NCBI GenBank assembly: GCA_964016885.1 | Contig: OZ024740.1 | Span: 325,004,001 to 325,068,000, forward strand | Source of the DNA: Eledone cirrhosa | Taxonomy: Eukaryota | Reading direction: 5' to 3' | DNA: 64,000 nt | Shown: positions 43,013 through 57,055 of the stretch, in pieces | Position numbering within the stretch: position 1 is the stretch's first letter | How the letters are laid out: each line of letters opens with the position of its first letter | Position numbers and translations under genes: made by a program | The notes under the pieces: generated by a model | Databases searched by the model: none | Seen by the model: only the letters and a program-made list of their open reading frames with translations | Told to the model about the DNA's origin: nothing

Positions 43013-43577
43013 CTTATGCTTATGCTTTTACTACTACAGCGTAGGTCAACATGCTTTGTGGCATAGAGTTAAGGACCTCTACGTTCTGAGTTCAAATCCC
43101 GCTTTGGCTTAGCTTTACCTTTCATCTTTAGGAAGTCGATGAAATTAAGTTCTAGTAATGGACTGGAGTCAAATTGCGGCTAAATTAGAAATCATTATTA
43201 TTCAACACAAACTGACTGTGAATTAGAAGTATCGGTGGAGCATCGGACAACATACTTTGCGGCATATAGTAAAGTATCTTTACGTACCGAGGCCAAATCC
43301 TGCCGAGCTTTACAGGGCCGTTAGAAATAAAATATCAATAACGCAATGGGGTCGATTTAATCGACTTTTCCCTCCCCCAAAATCGTTTACCTTGTGTCTC
43401 CATCAGAAACCATTATAATATAACATTGGACATACTGCCATGACACAATATATCTAAAATTCTTAGTTAATAGCAGTCCCAGAGAAAAAGAGAAACACAT
43501 TAATCAGCCATTTAATCCAATGATCCTTTGTATCACAACTACATGCTCAGAATATCGATTCTCCTTGACAGCATTTC

Positions 43578-43682
<105 letters not shown>

Positions 43683-44092
43683 CATCCACCATAAACTTCA
43701 TAGAAACTGCTTTTCATACCCAAGCATCTCTGTCTGCTTAGTATGTTTTTATACCTGTATTGTATTATTTGATACCTTTGCCATACTGTGATATATATGC
43801 TTAGTACCATTACTTGTTTCTTACCTGGTTATTCTGTACATGCCTAACACATCTGCACTCTTTCTATATGCTTGCATATGTACTGCTAATGTCCTCGTTT
43901 TGCGAGTAACTTTCTTCTTTAATTCCTCTATAATTTTGTATTATTCTTTTATAATCTTTGTCGCATCCACTGATACTGACCATATCATCTTCACTCTTTA
44001 AATATGACACTGTTAATGTCACACTAATATCTATGTATCTTTACGATTGTTCTGTGGAATAGGAGGTTAATTATATGTCTAAACTTTGCTAG

Positions 44093-44139
44093 TGCTCCGA
44101 TGATTCCAAACGAAAGTTTGGAAGAAACGATTGTCAGCA
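44093..44139 (+). ncRNA. Hammerhead with C4 core variant in cassette 43680-44280
   Basis: tgct-CCGATGA-ttccaaac gaaa gtttggaa-GAAA-cgattg-TC-agca, then aataaa; perfect 8-bp stem II with GAAA tetraloop. Confidence 0.75.
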
Positions 44140-44313
44140 ATAAAATGTTTTGAACATAGTTTTGATTATTCTGTAATTTATATTCCGGCTCTGTAAAACA
44201 TTTGATGTATTTACATTGAGCTATTTTTCTTACTGGTAATAAGGTAGTAATGAATTATTGACCTTTCCTGTTTATAATTATATATAGTGTATATATAAGT
44301 ATAAATAATATTA

Positions 44314-44375
<62 letters not shown>

Positions 44376-45078
44376 CGCGCCAGACTACTCGATACTTAGG
44401 GTAGTAGAGTGGGTAATATAAAAACAGTCAGGACCCTACGGCTGAGCTACTGCCATTTCGACAGCTAGATCCGGATCTAGCTGTCGAATTCATTTGTGGT
44501 TTCAATATGAATTCTTCCCCATACGAAACCATGGTAGGGAGATCTATATATAAGGTTAGATAGAATAATCTTTTTTGTCTATCTTGATTGTACTCCCATA
44601 ATTAGAGTGTTTTCTCATTTAATTATAATATATTATAAATATATATAATGTACATTTATTCACATAGATACGTAAAGAGCTGTAACTAAATGTCGCACAA
44701 CATTATATATGACACTCTAACGATTCTGCTGCAAATCCAGCATTTTTTATAATTCCGAATAATAACAGCAATCGAAAGGGAGACAAGTCACCCTCTGTTT
44801 AGAGGTGAACAAGGTCTCATCTATTGTCTTGACATGAATATCTTGGAGCCATATACAGGCAAACTATATAACATAATGAATTTACAGGGAACACGACATA
44901 CAACTTAATTAATAAACACTGTAAATAGACTTGTAGTGGGAAGTGAGCAGAAGTAAAAATTGACATGTGAAAACAGAATGAGAAATTTACGGGCTGCAGG
45001 CATGGCTGAAACGTTCTTGGCTTAACACTTTTCCTAATGGTATTTCAGCACAATCACACACACACATACACACACGCA

Positions 45079-45207
<129 letters not shown>

Positions 45208-46324
45208 CGTATTTACGAGGGGGTGTTAAAAATGGCATTGTGAAATTGGTTAAGTAGAAAACTTTACAAGTCCTCGTACAAAATTTAAGGTAGTAAATTA
45301 TCAGCCGGTATTTTAGAAGGTGAAGGCATGGCTAAGTTGTTCAGAAGTTCGCTTCGTAATTATGACGCCTCATGTTCGGTCACACTGGGTCAAACGTCTT
45401 TTACCATAACCTGAAATCTAAAGTAGCCTGGTAGATGACTTTATTCTGTCCTCGTTGTCTACTATATTTTTACCTCAACAGAATTTGATGTTAGGACAAA
45501 TAATTGTTTCTACTTTTCTCACAAGGCCAGTAATTATTTGGTACATCTGGTACATTACTGGTACTTTATTTTATCGACTCCGTAAGGATGAAAAGGAAAG
45601 TTAATCTCCATGGGACTTGAACTCAGACCGTAAAGGGTCGTAACTCTATGCTGCAAAGCATGGCGTCCGACTCTCAAACATTTTGTCACACGCTCTAAGG
45701 ATTTTGATAATTCAGAGCACTTAACTTATGCCTGATAATACGGGATGGATCTCCGCCGGTTTCGATGACGAGTGCTCTATTACTTTGATCAACGTAACAG
45801 TCGGCCCACTAAACTAACATGTAAGTGGCTGAGCGTTCCACAAGCACGTGTACCGTTAACGTAATTCTCACGATGATTCAGAGTGACACTGTGTGACAAG
45901 ACTGGTTCCTTGAGTTGCAGATACAGTTCATTCTAAGGGCTTCCTAACAGTTCCATTAACAAAATCTCACACACAAGACATTAATCGATCCGAGTCTATG
46001 GTAAATTATAGTTGGCCAAAATGCCACGCAGTTAGATCGAACCCGAGGTCTCATGATTACAAAGCGAAGTCCTTAACCATTCAACCATGCTACCTCCACA
46101 TGATAATACTAAGAATAGTAATAAGAATTAAATCATTGAATGTAGCATGCTCTCTCACACATGTATCTATCGATTCGTTGTTTAACTCTCAAGTCAGATT
46201 TATTGAGAGGAAATGAGTACAGTCAAGCGAATGTAATCGAAATACCTATTTCATTTCATTGGGCTCGGCTCACCTGAATGGGATGAAAGCTAAAAAGAAA
46301 TTTCTGAAAAGGCTCAAATACCTT

Positions 46325-46326
46325 CG

Positions 46327-46398
<72 letters not shown>

Positions 46399-46439
46399 TC
46401 TTCTTCTTCTTCGTCTTTTTCTTCTTCTTCTTCTTCTTC

Positions 46440-46491
<52 letters not shown>

Positions 46492-46689
46492 CATCATCAT
46501 CATCATCATCAACTGTTTCGTTTCATGTCATGAGATAGCGTATAGTAGACATTCTAGAGGTCAAAAGAAAGCAATGTAACACATTACATTACTTTACATA
46601 CAACAAAATGTTTTATTAAGTCCTCAATACTTGCTACTACTCTTACCACCTCTGCTACCACTGATACTGCTATTATTGCTACTACTCTG

Positions 46690-46741
<52 letters not shown>

Positions 46742-47076
46742 AACTACTACTACCATAACTACTACTACTACTACCACAACTACTACTACTACCACGACTA
46801 CTACTACTACTACTACTTCTACCACAACTACTACTACCATAACTACTACTACTACTACCACTACTACTACTACTACTACCACAACTACTACTACTACCAC
46901 GACTACTACTACTACTACTACTTCTACCACAACTACTACTACCATAACTACTACTACTACTACCACTACTACTACTACCACAACTACTACTACTACCACA
47001 ACTACTACTACTACTACTACTGCTACTACTACTACTTCTACCACAACTACTACTACCACAACTACTACTACTACTA

Positions 47077-47131
<55 letters not shown>

Positions 47132-47185
47132 CACAATTACTACTACTACTACCACAACTACTACTACTACTACCACCACCACCAT
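46325..47185. repeat. Compound trinucleotide microsatellites (TTG/TTC/TTA/TCA) and a patterned (CTA)n array
   Basis: Seen directly. Confidence 0.95.
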
Positions 47186-47452
47186 TGCTGGTGCTGTTGC
47201 TACCACCACTATTCCGGCTGTTGACAATGATGATGAGCATGATGATGATGACGCTGCCACTACTACTAGTGCAACTACTGTTGCTGTTGCTAATACTACG
47301 TCTTCTTACGGTTGTCTTTCACACCTCTTTATTCTCTTTATTCTCTTTCTTAATGGACTTCCAGCAGTAGATATCTTAATCTTAAAACATCTTAACACAC
47401 AACTACCTCCTATATAATATATTCTACCTGCTGCTGATATTGTTATCATTAC

Positions 47453-47502
<50 letters not shown>

Positions 47503-47605
47503 TCTCTGCGTATAACGTGTCGTTGCTTGGATGCTTGGCCTTATTAATCTTACATACCCTTTGTTCTTACTCACACACAGACACAATATATATATGTGTG
47601 TGTGT

Positions 47606-47640
<35 letters not shown>

Positions 47641-47667
47641 TGTGTGTGTGTATGTGTGTATGTGTGT

Positions 47668-47705
<38 letters not shown>

Positions 47706-47735
47706 GTATATATATATATGATATATATATATACT

Positions 47736-47781
<46 letters not shown>

Positions 47782-47806
47782 TACATATATATACATATAT
47801 ATATAT

Positions 47807-47875
<69 letters not shown>

Positions 47876-48209
47876 TACACCCAGTAACCTACTACTACAA
47901 CATGGGTAACACGAAACAAATTATAAAAATTTAATCACAGTAACTTCTGTACATGGAATACGAGTTGTAACCGAGCGAGTGTAATGATGGAATGAAAGGC
48001 ATCCTTTGTGATCAAATCAATGAAAGCATACTGACATGTAGGTAGACATTAATTGTTTATATGCAATACGGAGAATGCGAGGCTGTATATATTATATATT
48101 AAAGATATACTCTCCTCTGGAAGTTGTGTCAACGACCGGTACGCATTTTTACAGTTGAAATCATTTGAATTCCTTTACACTAGAACTTCCCAGTCTTTTT
48201 ATCTAATAG

Positions 48210-48404
48210 CAGACCTGTCAACTCTCCCCGTCCGACGGGGACATCTCCCACCCACTTTGGGGTGGATGAGAAATGTCTCCTCTTGTTAAAATGTGTATAG
48301 CTTTTATTATGTAAAATCTCCCCATTTTGCCTCATTTCTCCTCATTTTGAGTCACTTTTTCTCATGGTACTCCCTGTTTGGGTTTTTAGAGGTTGGCAGG
48401 TCTG
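48210..48404. mobile_element. MITE with CAGACCTG(T/C)CAAC TIRs (second copy 50241-50675, inverted)
   Basis: cagacctgtcaac...gttggcaggtctg; the internal sequence matches the 50.2-kb copy. Confidence 0.8.
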
Positions 48405-48959
48405 TAACATGACCATTGAAACAAAGTTTAATTTCTATTCATTCCACTCTCAAAGAAACAAATCGAATATAAAATTACAAAATACAAGAGATTAACTTAT
48501 TTTATTACTAAAAATATATCTAACCCATTATTAAACGGGATATTTTAGAATGTAATGTTTTTATAATTTAATTCCGTTAAAATATAATTGTTTTTTAATG
48601 TTTTCTTTGGTGGAAATATGGTTATATGCATCGTTAACGATGGCGTAAGTAACCGGATCCTTCAGTGAGAGTCGGATCGTTCATTTATTTAAATGACACG
48701 TTTGTTTTAAACGTGTCATTCGTGAACGACATATCACTAAGAGCTAACACACCCAATCACACATTCTGGCAACTAGTCTACAATATATTTTCCCTTCATA
48801 AAGGGCTTCATTGCCAACTAGCGAATTCACCCCCTATGAAACCTTTAATTTTTACTCACCACTGCCAAACTTTATTCCCCTCTAGGGCCCTATATTGACT
48901 AGTTGGAGACGCCCTGTTTTATTCTGATAGCAACTCTTATACGCAGACGTGAACATTGT

Positions 48960-49290
48960 CAAAAAGAAAACTGACCTGAATGGCCCTGACTGATGATTGA
49001 TGAGTGTGAGAGTTGTGTTTTCATTGAACAGTTAAGGCACTATTGACAAAGAAGCCTCTGAGACCCAGAGTATGTTTTCATTGGTCAACTAAATTGCCAC
49101 TGACTAACAGAATTCTGACAGTTATCGGCCAGAGGTGTGTTTTCACTGCTCAGCTAATGTGACATTGACGAACAGACTACAGATTGATAAGGTCCAAAGG
49201 TTTGTTTTCAGTGATCAATTAAAGTGATAATGTCCAACAGATTGCTGACTGCTGAGGGCCAGAGGCATGGTCTCACTGGTCAACGGAGGA
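48960..49290. repeat. Degenerate ~60-66-bp minisatellite, about 5 units
   Basis: gttttca(t/c/g)tg.tca..taa....a.tgac.aacag recurring at ~49017, 49074, 49139, 49204, 49270. Confidence 0.7.
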
Positions 49291-50232
49291 GAGGGGTTCA
49301 CTCCTCAGCTAAGACATATTTTCATGTTGATCCTTGTGCAGTGGTTATGTTTTAACCCGGTTCAGCAGCCAAATAGCTAATCTGCCTTTGCTTACATTTA
49401 CGTTTTGGATTCCTAGGGGTTGCCAGCAAGCAATAAAGACAAAGAAATGAAATATGGGCAGTATTGTAGAGGGTCGGACACCATACTTAGCGGCATAGAG
49501 TTAAGGCCCTTTATGGTCTAAGTTCAAATCCCGCCGAGGCTAGCTTTGTCTTCATCCTTATGGAGTTAATAAAATAAGATAACAGTAACGCACTGGGGCC
49601 GATTTAATCAAATTTCCCTTCTCGAAACATTGTTGGTCTTGTGCCTAAATTAGAAACCATCATTTTATTATTTTATTCTTTTAATCGTATCAGGCATTGA
49701 ATTATAACAAACTAACAATAGATTATTAGATCTTTCATAACTTTGTTAGGGATATTTAACCGATACAAAGGAACAGAAATAAAACTACAAAGAGCAATCG
49801 CAATTAGGTCACAGACTAGTGTTGCAGTTGTTTTGCCAGTAACTTTCCTAATAATAACCAAGACATTCGTCTCTTATGCTGAATCAAACAAATATTCATT
49901 ACGAAATAAAGTAAAATATAAAAGAAAACAAAAACCAATATATAAATGAAATAAACTAATGGAATAATGTCCGTTAATCCCATGCTAATGAACGTTGCCG
50001 CCTCAACTACCACTCTTTAACAGATGTTGATCATGAAAATAGAAACATACAATTTTAAACATCAATATTTAACCGTTTTCATATCAAATATCGGTAACAG
50101 ACCCTGCACTTACAATACAAAGCTGTTTATTTTTAAGTGTTTACATTTATCTAAAACGTTTCCAACATAATTTTGTGTAAGAATATTTGTTATGTTTCAC
50201 ACACCAACCTGATAATGAGAAAGTTAATTATA

Positions 50233-50932
50233 CAGGGTGACAGACCTGCCAGCTTCTAAAAACCCAAATAGGGAGTACCATAAAAAAGTACCCCAAAACG
50301 GGGAGAAATAAGGCAAAATGGGGAGATTTTATATAATGGTTTCTGATTTAGACACAAGGCAAAACAATTTTGCAGGGGGGAGAAGTTGAGTACATCGACC
50401 CAAGTACATTACTTGTACTTTATATTATCTAACCCTATGGAGGAAAGGCAAAGCTAACCTCGGTAGCATTTGAACCCAGGTCTTAAAGAGGCGTGACCCT
50501 GTGCCATAAAGCATGCTGTCCGACGCTCTAACGACACTGCTAATCCACCGCCCTGGAGATTTTGTATAATGAAATCTATACCTATTTTCACAAAAGAAGA
50601 CATCTCTCACCACCACCCCAACCCCCAAAAGGGGTGGTAGATCACCTCGTCCGACGGGGAGAGTTGACAGGTCTGGGGTGAGCATAAAATCTTTCCCTGG
50701 TTATAAAATACCATATCTAAGATACTATCTGAGATTTTACTTTTTCATTGTTTTAATCTATAAATTTCAAGTTTCAAGTTTTTGCGAATATTTTTCTTTT
50801 TCTTCTACAGGAAGTAGTTATATTTTTCAATAACAAAATGACATCTATGAAAACAAAAAGCTTATTGTATTTTGTGGTTTCACAAAACAAAATAAATATT
50901 TATGATCAGGGAAATACTTTATGCTCACCCTG
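50233..50932. mobile_element. Tc1/mariner-type MITE with nested MITE and SINE
   Basis: TA-cagggtga|gcataaaatctttccctg ... cagggaaatactttatgctcaccctg-TA. Confidence 0.8.
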
Positions 50933-51280
50933 TATTACTAAATCTTTCCAACATTTTCGTTATTTTTGAAATGATTTGAATATATAAGGCAGTGTGTTTC
51001 ATTAGAAATGTGGGAAAGGTTATGTTGTCATGAAATTTTCAGTTAATTTTTGTTGCTATTTTCATCAAAAATAAATGTACTTACAGGAATATCTAGAAAT
51101 ATGCAAAACAAAATTGCTGCACAGAAATACACACTGACTTCAGCTCAGAGGTTCTCCAAACCTACATATAAATTTGTAAACGATCAATATAATACACACA
51201 TGCTTGAAGAAACATTAAAAGGAAACTATCGACTTGTTTGATACATGTTAATATACATTTGTATTTTACACACGGCTGTG

Positions 51281-51398
<118 letters not shown>

Positions 51399-51426
51399 AT
51401 CAAAAGATGGTTAAAAGAGTTCCATG

Positions 51427-51497
51427 TATTTTATTATGCGCATTTCAAAAACAAATATCATCATGCAATAACATTTGTGTTTTCATCAGATAAAATA
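51427..51497 (-). ncRNA. Hammerhead ribozyme, intact core
   Basis: tattttat-CTGATGA-long stem II-GAAA-tgcgca-TA-ataaaata; 8-bp stem I; palindrome ATGCGCAT. Confidence 0.85.
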
Positions 51498-51851
51498 GGA
51501 AGACATGATATGAAGGTTAAAAACACTTGTGGATAGTGCAGTTTTAAATCAACATATGAAAAGTAGTTTTAGATTGATGTGTGATATTGGGGAAACATTT
51601 TTTTTAGGGGGGGGGGGGGATGAAAAAGAGGAGGAGATGTGAGTAAAAAGTGGAGGGGGAGGAGTATAATGAGGAAGGATGAGATAGGAGGAGAGATGGG
51701 TGATAGAGAGAGAGAGATAGCTTTTATAACTGAGAAAAATATATTGTTTTACATAGAGAGGTTGAAAAACCGTTGGAAGATAATGTATAAATTAAAAGAA
51801 TTTGAAAATTAACGAAGAGAAAAATAATGTAAAGTTAAGGTTTGTATATTG

Positions 51852-52020
51852 AAGGGTTTAATAATATGTGCGATGAAAAGAAATTGTTAATATGTATTAA
51901 GAATAATATTTAAGGGTTTAATAATATGTGCGATGGAAAGAAAATGTTAATATGTATTAAGAATAATATTTAAGGGTTTAATAATATGTGCGATGGAAAG
52001 AAAATGTTGATATGTATTAT
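51852..52020. repeat. 60-bp tandem repeat, about 3 units, within the PLE 3' UTR
   Basis: aagggtttaataatatgtgcgatg at 51853, 51912, 51972. Confidence 0.9.
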
Positions 52021-54537
52021 TAAAAAAAAACAAAAGTAATGTAAGTAAGGATATATTGTGAGATGAGCATGAATAAGTTAGATGAAAGTGAGAAAAAAAT
52101 AATGAATAGAGGATGAATAATCTAACGTCAAAAAAAATGTTTATGTTTACGAAGGATTTTTTCAAGGTGATATAAAGTAAGAATATATTCTATTGTGTAA
52201 TAATTGTTTCTATGTTAGGCACAGTGAGAAAAGGTACAGATTAGGGGTTAGAAATTAAAAGAAAAAGAAAAGAAAAGGAAAAGGAAGAAAGGGAAGTGAT
52301 AAATAGGAGTGATATAGAATGAGTAACAAGTATTATATAATGTATAATAAATAACTTTGAAATAAGGTAGAAAGATGGGTATATTTTTAAAGAAGTATAT
52401 ATATATATATGTGCCTTTGAGAAAAGGATTCTGAATTGATAAAGTTTAGGATATTAGCTGTATACTTTATGGAATGTTCTGTGGAATTTATGCAAGCAGA
52501 GAGAAAACAAGCCAGTGCGTCTATTTATTATAGAATATAAATTAGATATAATGGTAAATTTTTCATTTAGACAGAGATTGCAAGTCTTGGATGGAGAACT
52601 GTTCAAGTATGAAGAAGCAGAAGAAACCTTTTTCCAAGAGATGTTATATTTAATATTTTTGTCTTTCAAGGACCATATGAGTTCTGAGAGAGCCGTGTTG
52701 GTTCTTTTAAGTTGGTATTTAAAAGACGAATGATGATGATAAAGGCGAGCTTTAAAGGAGGTGGAAGTGGAGCCAAAATAGGTGAAGGAATTGGTGTCAG
52801 TTATAACTTTACATTCGTAGATTGTTTTTATCAAGACAATGGTTGTTGAGAGGACATTTATTTTTAGCAGGGCAATTGTAATTGCGATTAGAGAGATTAT
52901 TAACGAGTGACCTAGTGTTATCTATAGAGGGAATTGGATTGGAGAAGTTATTTGCGATAGGAATAATAATTTCTTGATTTAGAATGGGATTAAGAACATT
53001 TAGTGAAGTTGTGTTTGACGTTGTATTTGGGTTTGCAGAAATTAGCCTAGAGTTTACAATGACGTCGGGAGTACTATTACTATTATTATGATATTCAGTG
53101 TTGGAAGGAAGAGATTTAGTATTTAGTATTTTATTGTTGTGTTTAGAGATAATGTTGGAAATGTTGGAGGATGTCGAATAGGAAAATTTTATAGTGTGTT
53201 TGTTAAATATTTTACTATAGATATGTGAGGGAGGGAAGCATTTATTTAAGGCACTAAAGAATAATTTAGGAATATTATTATTAATAGAGATGGAGAAAGG
53301 AGCATTATACCAGATTATTTTTTGTATCTAGGTCTTTTATTAAAGTTATTGGAATGATCATGATTAATTATTCTACTGTAAGATCTTCTAGAATTTGTTT
53401 CTTTATTATATTTGATTTTATCAGGATAGCCGGCTTTAGAAAGCGCGTTATTATAGTAATTGGCGTTAGCATCAAAGATGTTTTTATTAGAAGATAGGTT
53501 AGATATTCTTTTTCCAATATTACTAACTATAGCATTCTTAATATTAGTAGGGTGGTTAGATTTAAAATTAACATAATTTAGGTTCTCATTGTTTTTATGG
53601 TAAGGGTAATATAGGCCAGTGTCAAGATTAAGAGATACATCCAAGAAATTAGCTAGTTTGATGCTGTTATCAAATTCAATGTTTAGGTTATGTTGTTTAA
53701 AGAGATTACGTATATTGTTCTTAATAATATTAAGGTTAACTATGTTGCATTTTAAGATAGTAAAGAGTCCATCGTCACGATAAATTCCACCGCGAAGTTG
53801 AGGAATTTTCCGACTCAAAGAGTTCAAAATAAAGATACCAATTAAATCTGTCAATTGGGATGAATCGGATGCTCCCATTGTGATGTCTAAGTTGTTAGAG
53901 GTATCAGCTCTGGTCCAATATTCATTGTTGAGCTCAAGGATGGTTTTACGTGCGGTGAGAATGATGTGAAGTTCATCTGTGGTGATGTCAGAATATTTAA
54001 ATGCGAAAGATAGAGCATTGTTGAGAAGTGAAGGCGAAATAGAAGAATAGTAGCTGGCAATATCAAATTGAACAAATTTTAGTTTGTTTTTATTATTCAA
54101 TTTGTTGAACCAGCCAATCACTTCAGAAGTACCAAACCATAAATTTAAGTTCAAAGAAGAGCAATTAGAACGAACCTGTGGGATAATTCTATCCAAGATG
54201 GCTTTACTAACAACCCCCAGATTTGATTTAGAGGGGGCGATTAATCGAACAGGTAGTACAATGCGAAAATTGTTTTTGTGATCCTTGAGATTTATCCTCG
54301 GAGTTCTTGGGAGAAATGGTTCGGTCTTTTTTCCGATGCCAAGTTTTTGAAATGCGCATAATAAAATACATGGAACTCTTTTAACCAAGTTTTTGAAATG
54401 CGCATAATAAAATACATGGAACTCTTTTAACCATCTTTTGATCTTATATATTATGTATACTCCAGTCCTACAAACTGTAGAGTGCTTCTTATCCGATATC
54501 TGCATTGCTTTATTGTACTACAATAAAACTCACCTCC

Positions 54538-54602
<65 letters not shown>

Positions 54603-54937
54603 TATCGGAGAAAGCTTTTAGCGATACTCCGGCCAAATTCCAACTCACTCTACAAACATTAGGAAATAAGTGAGTATATTCCTAATTCGGGTGCTAACTA
54701 ATTGTATTGTGTGGAAAATTGGCTGTATTATTTCATATGAGACATATCGAATATATCATAGGAAAAAGTATGACCCCGACGGCAGAGCTCAAGCCGTTTC
54801 GACGGCTATTTCTGGAGAGAAACGGCTTGATCTCTGCCGTCGGGGTCATACTTTTTCCTATTTCCCACTCTACTACCCTAAGTATTGAATACTCTGGTGC
54901 GTTATGGTCCATCTGGTTCGTTACCACAATTCCTTCG

Positions 54938-55011
<74 letters not shown>

Positions 55012-55022
55012 CTAACAACTAG

Positions 55023-55113
<91 letters not shown>

Positions 55114-55427
55114 GGGAGATTCCCGAGTTGTGTCGGTGGGTAACCACAGTTAAAAAAGATACACAATACATTGGTAGAGTGCAGGCAAATTTTATTTTAT
55201 ATGCAAATAGCTTTTACAGGACGAGAACAGCTCCATTTTGGATGGCATCATCAGGAATATCGTGATGATTTCATACAAATGAAACAGTTCTAGTCCTGTA
55301 GAAGTTATATACATATAATTATATGTACGTGTATATACATTTACAGCAGTGTGTAAAAATACGTATCTATATATGTATAGATACAGCCATATACGAAATA
55401 TACAAATCCTCCCCCCCCTCTCTCTCT

Positions 55428-55558
<131 letters not shown>

Positions 55559-55652
55559 AAGTGTTTCCCAAGAAAACGCAAATAAAAGAAGAGTTTTCTC
55601 CGTATAATGCAAAGCTTCTTAATTAGAAAGTAAACAACACAATATAAAACTA

Positions 55653-55720
55653 CTCCATTACCAAAGGTTTCAGGACCCTAGACAATATTAACATACGTCT
55701 AGTTCGTTCATCAGATAAAA
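55653..55720 (-). ncRNA. Hammerhead, intact core, in a ~170-bp cassette between (TA)n tracts
   Basis: ttttat-CTGATGA-..ctagac...gtctag..-GAAA-cctttgg-TA-atggag. Confidence 0.65.
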
Positions 55721-55723
55721 TGT

Positions 55724-55799
<76 letters not shown>

Positions 55800-56739
55800 A
55801 TATTTTGTACACGGCTATATATATACATCTACAGATTCGTATATTTACACACTGCTGTAAATGTATATACACGTACAATTTTACAGATTTTGAGCATATA
55901 GACATCCGTATATTTTTTACGGGGTTATAGATACATATACACTCTTATAACTTTACAAACGGTTGTGAGTATATATTACACCTATATATTTTACACACGG
56001 CTGTAAATACATCTACGCTCTTATAATTTTTACGTGACTGGGAATACATATACACGACTGTGAATAGACATAACAGACACACTATTTTGGGGATGTCGTC
56101 TTCTTACGTTTGACCTTTAAACTCTGAAAATTTAATACGATAAAAAATTACGATTTGTGCTTCTATTTTTGAACCTACTCTTTCACTTTTCAACAGAAAA
56201 TAAACCAGACTTTTGTTTTTTTTCTTTTTGTATCTTAACCCATCTACTATTAGTGAGGACACGTGGCTTCGTAGTTAGGGTGTTCTGCTGATGATCAATT
56301 TAAGGTGTGCTATTCCTGTCAGCGGGTTTTGTCATTGAGCAACACATTTTGTTTCACATTGCTCCAATCCTCACAACCAGCAAAAAAAAAAGAGCTGTAC
56401 CTGTAATTCAAAGAGCCGACAACTTGCACATTAATTTCACGAGTAGAATGTTCTGTTGATCAAATCAACTGGAAGATTCGTCGTCGGAACCGACGGATAT
56501 CCAACACCCTTGCGCTATCGTGTGTTGTTAAAACATAGAAACTAAGCTATTGGCTATTGTAACCTAATGGGTGTCGGTTCCCATCCTACTATTAACACAA
56601 CGTTATGTGTTTTACTGCCATTTCCCTATAAATCTGCAACCTTGATTTTATGTAAAGGATCAAAGTTCATATTTAGAGTACAGATTTATATATTAAGTCG
56701 TATGTTGGAATTAGATATCGGCTATATTTAGGAATCAGT

Positions 56740-57055
56740 CAGTTAACAAATATGTTAGTAGACAGAAAACACTGCTTGTGATGGTGGAGAACGGAAGTTT
56801 GCTTGGTATGGTCATATATCCCGCCACAACTCCTTGTCCAAAACCATCCTTCATGGCACAATCGAGGGAGGGCGAAGAAAAGGGGAACAAAAAAATCCTA
56901 GTCCGACAACATCAAAGACTGGACTGGTCCTAACACCGAGACCCTTCTGCGCATGACGGGGAGTGGAGACCAATAGTGACAACTAACTGCAAATGTGTCT
57001 AGAGTGGCACCCCAACGAACTAGCTGCGCTAATTGCGGGGACATGATGATGATGG
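56740..57055 (+). mobile_element. RTE (BovB-like) LINE 3' end
   Basis: RKFAWYGHISRHNSLSKTILHGTIEGGRRKG...DNIKDWTG; (GAT)n tail. Confidence 0.85.

Noticed and set aside
46584-47260. Ser/Gly-, Tyr/His- or Val-rich ORFs of about 200 aa (also 10193-10626)
   Set aside because: They are open in several frames only because of (CTA/TAG)n; there is no splice or homology support.
48960-49290. CRISPR-like array
   Set aside because: Whole units are degenerate with no identical repeat and unique spacer pattern; the context is eukaryotic with no cas genes.
54341-54505. N-terminus of the 396-aa ORF as real protein
   Set aside because: It reads through the inverted pLTR tail and flank; RT homology starts near 54335.
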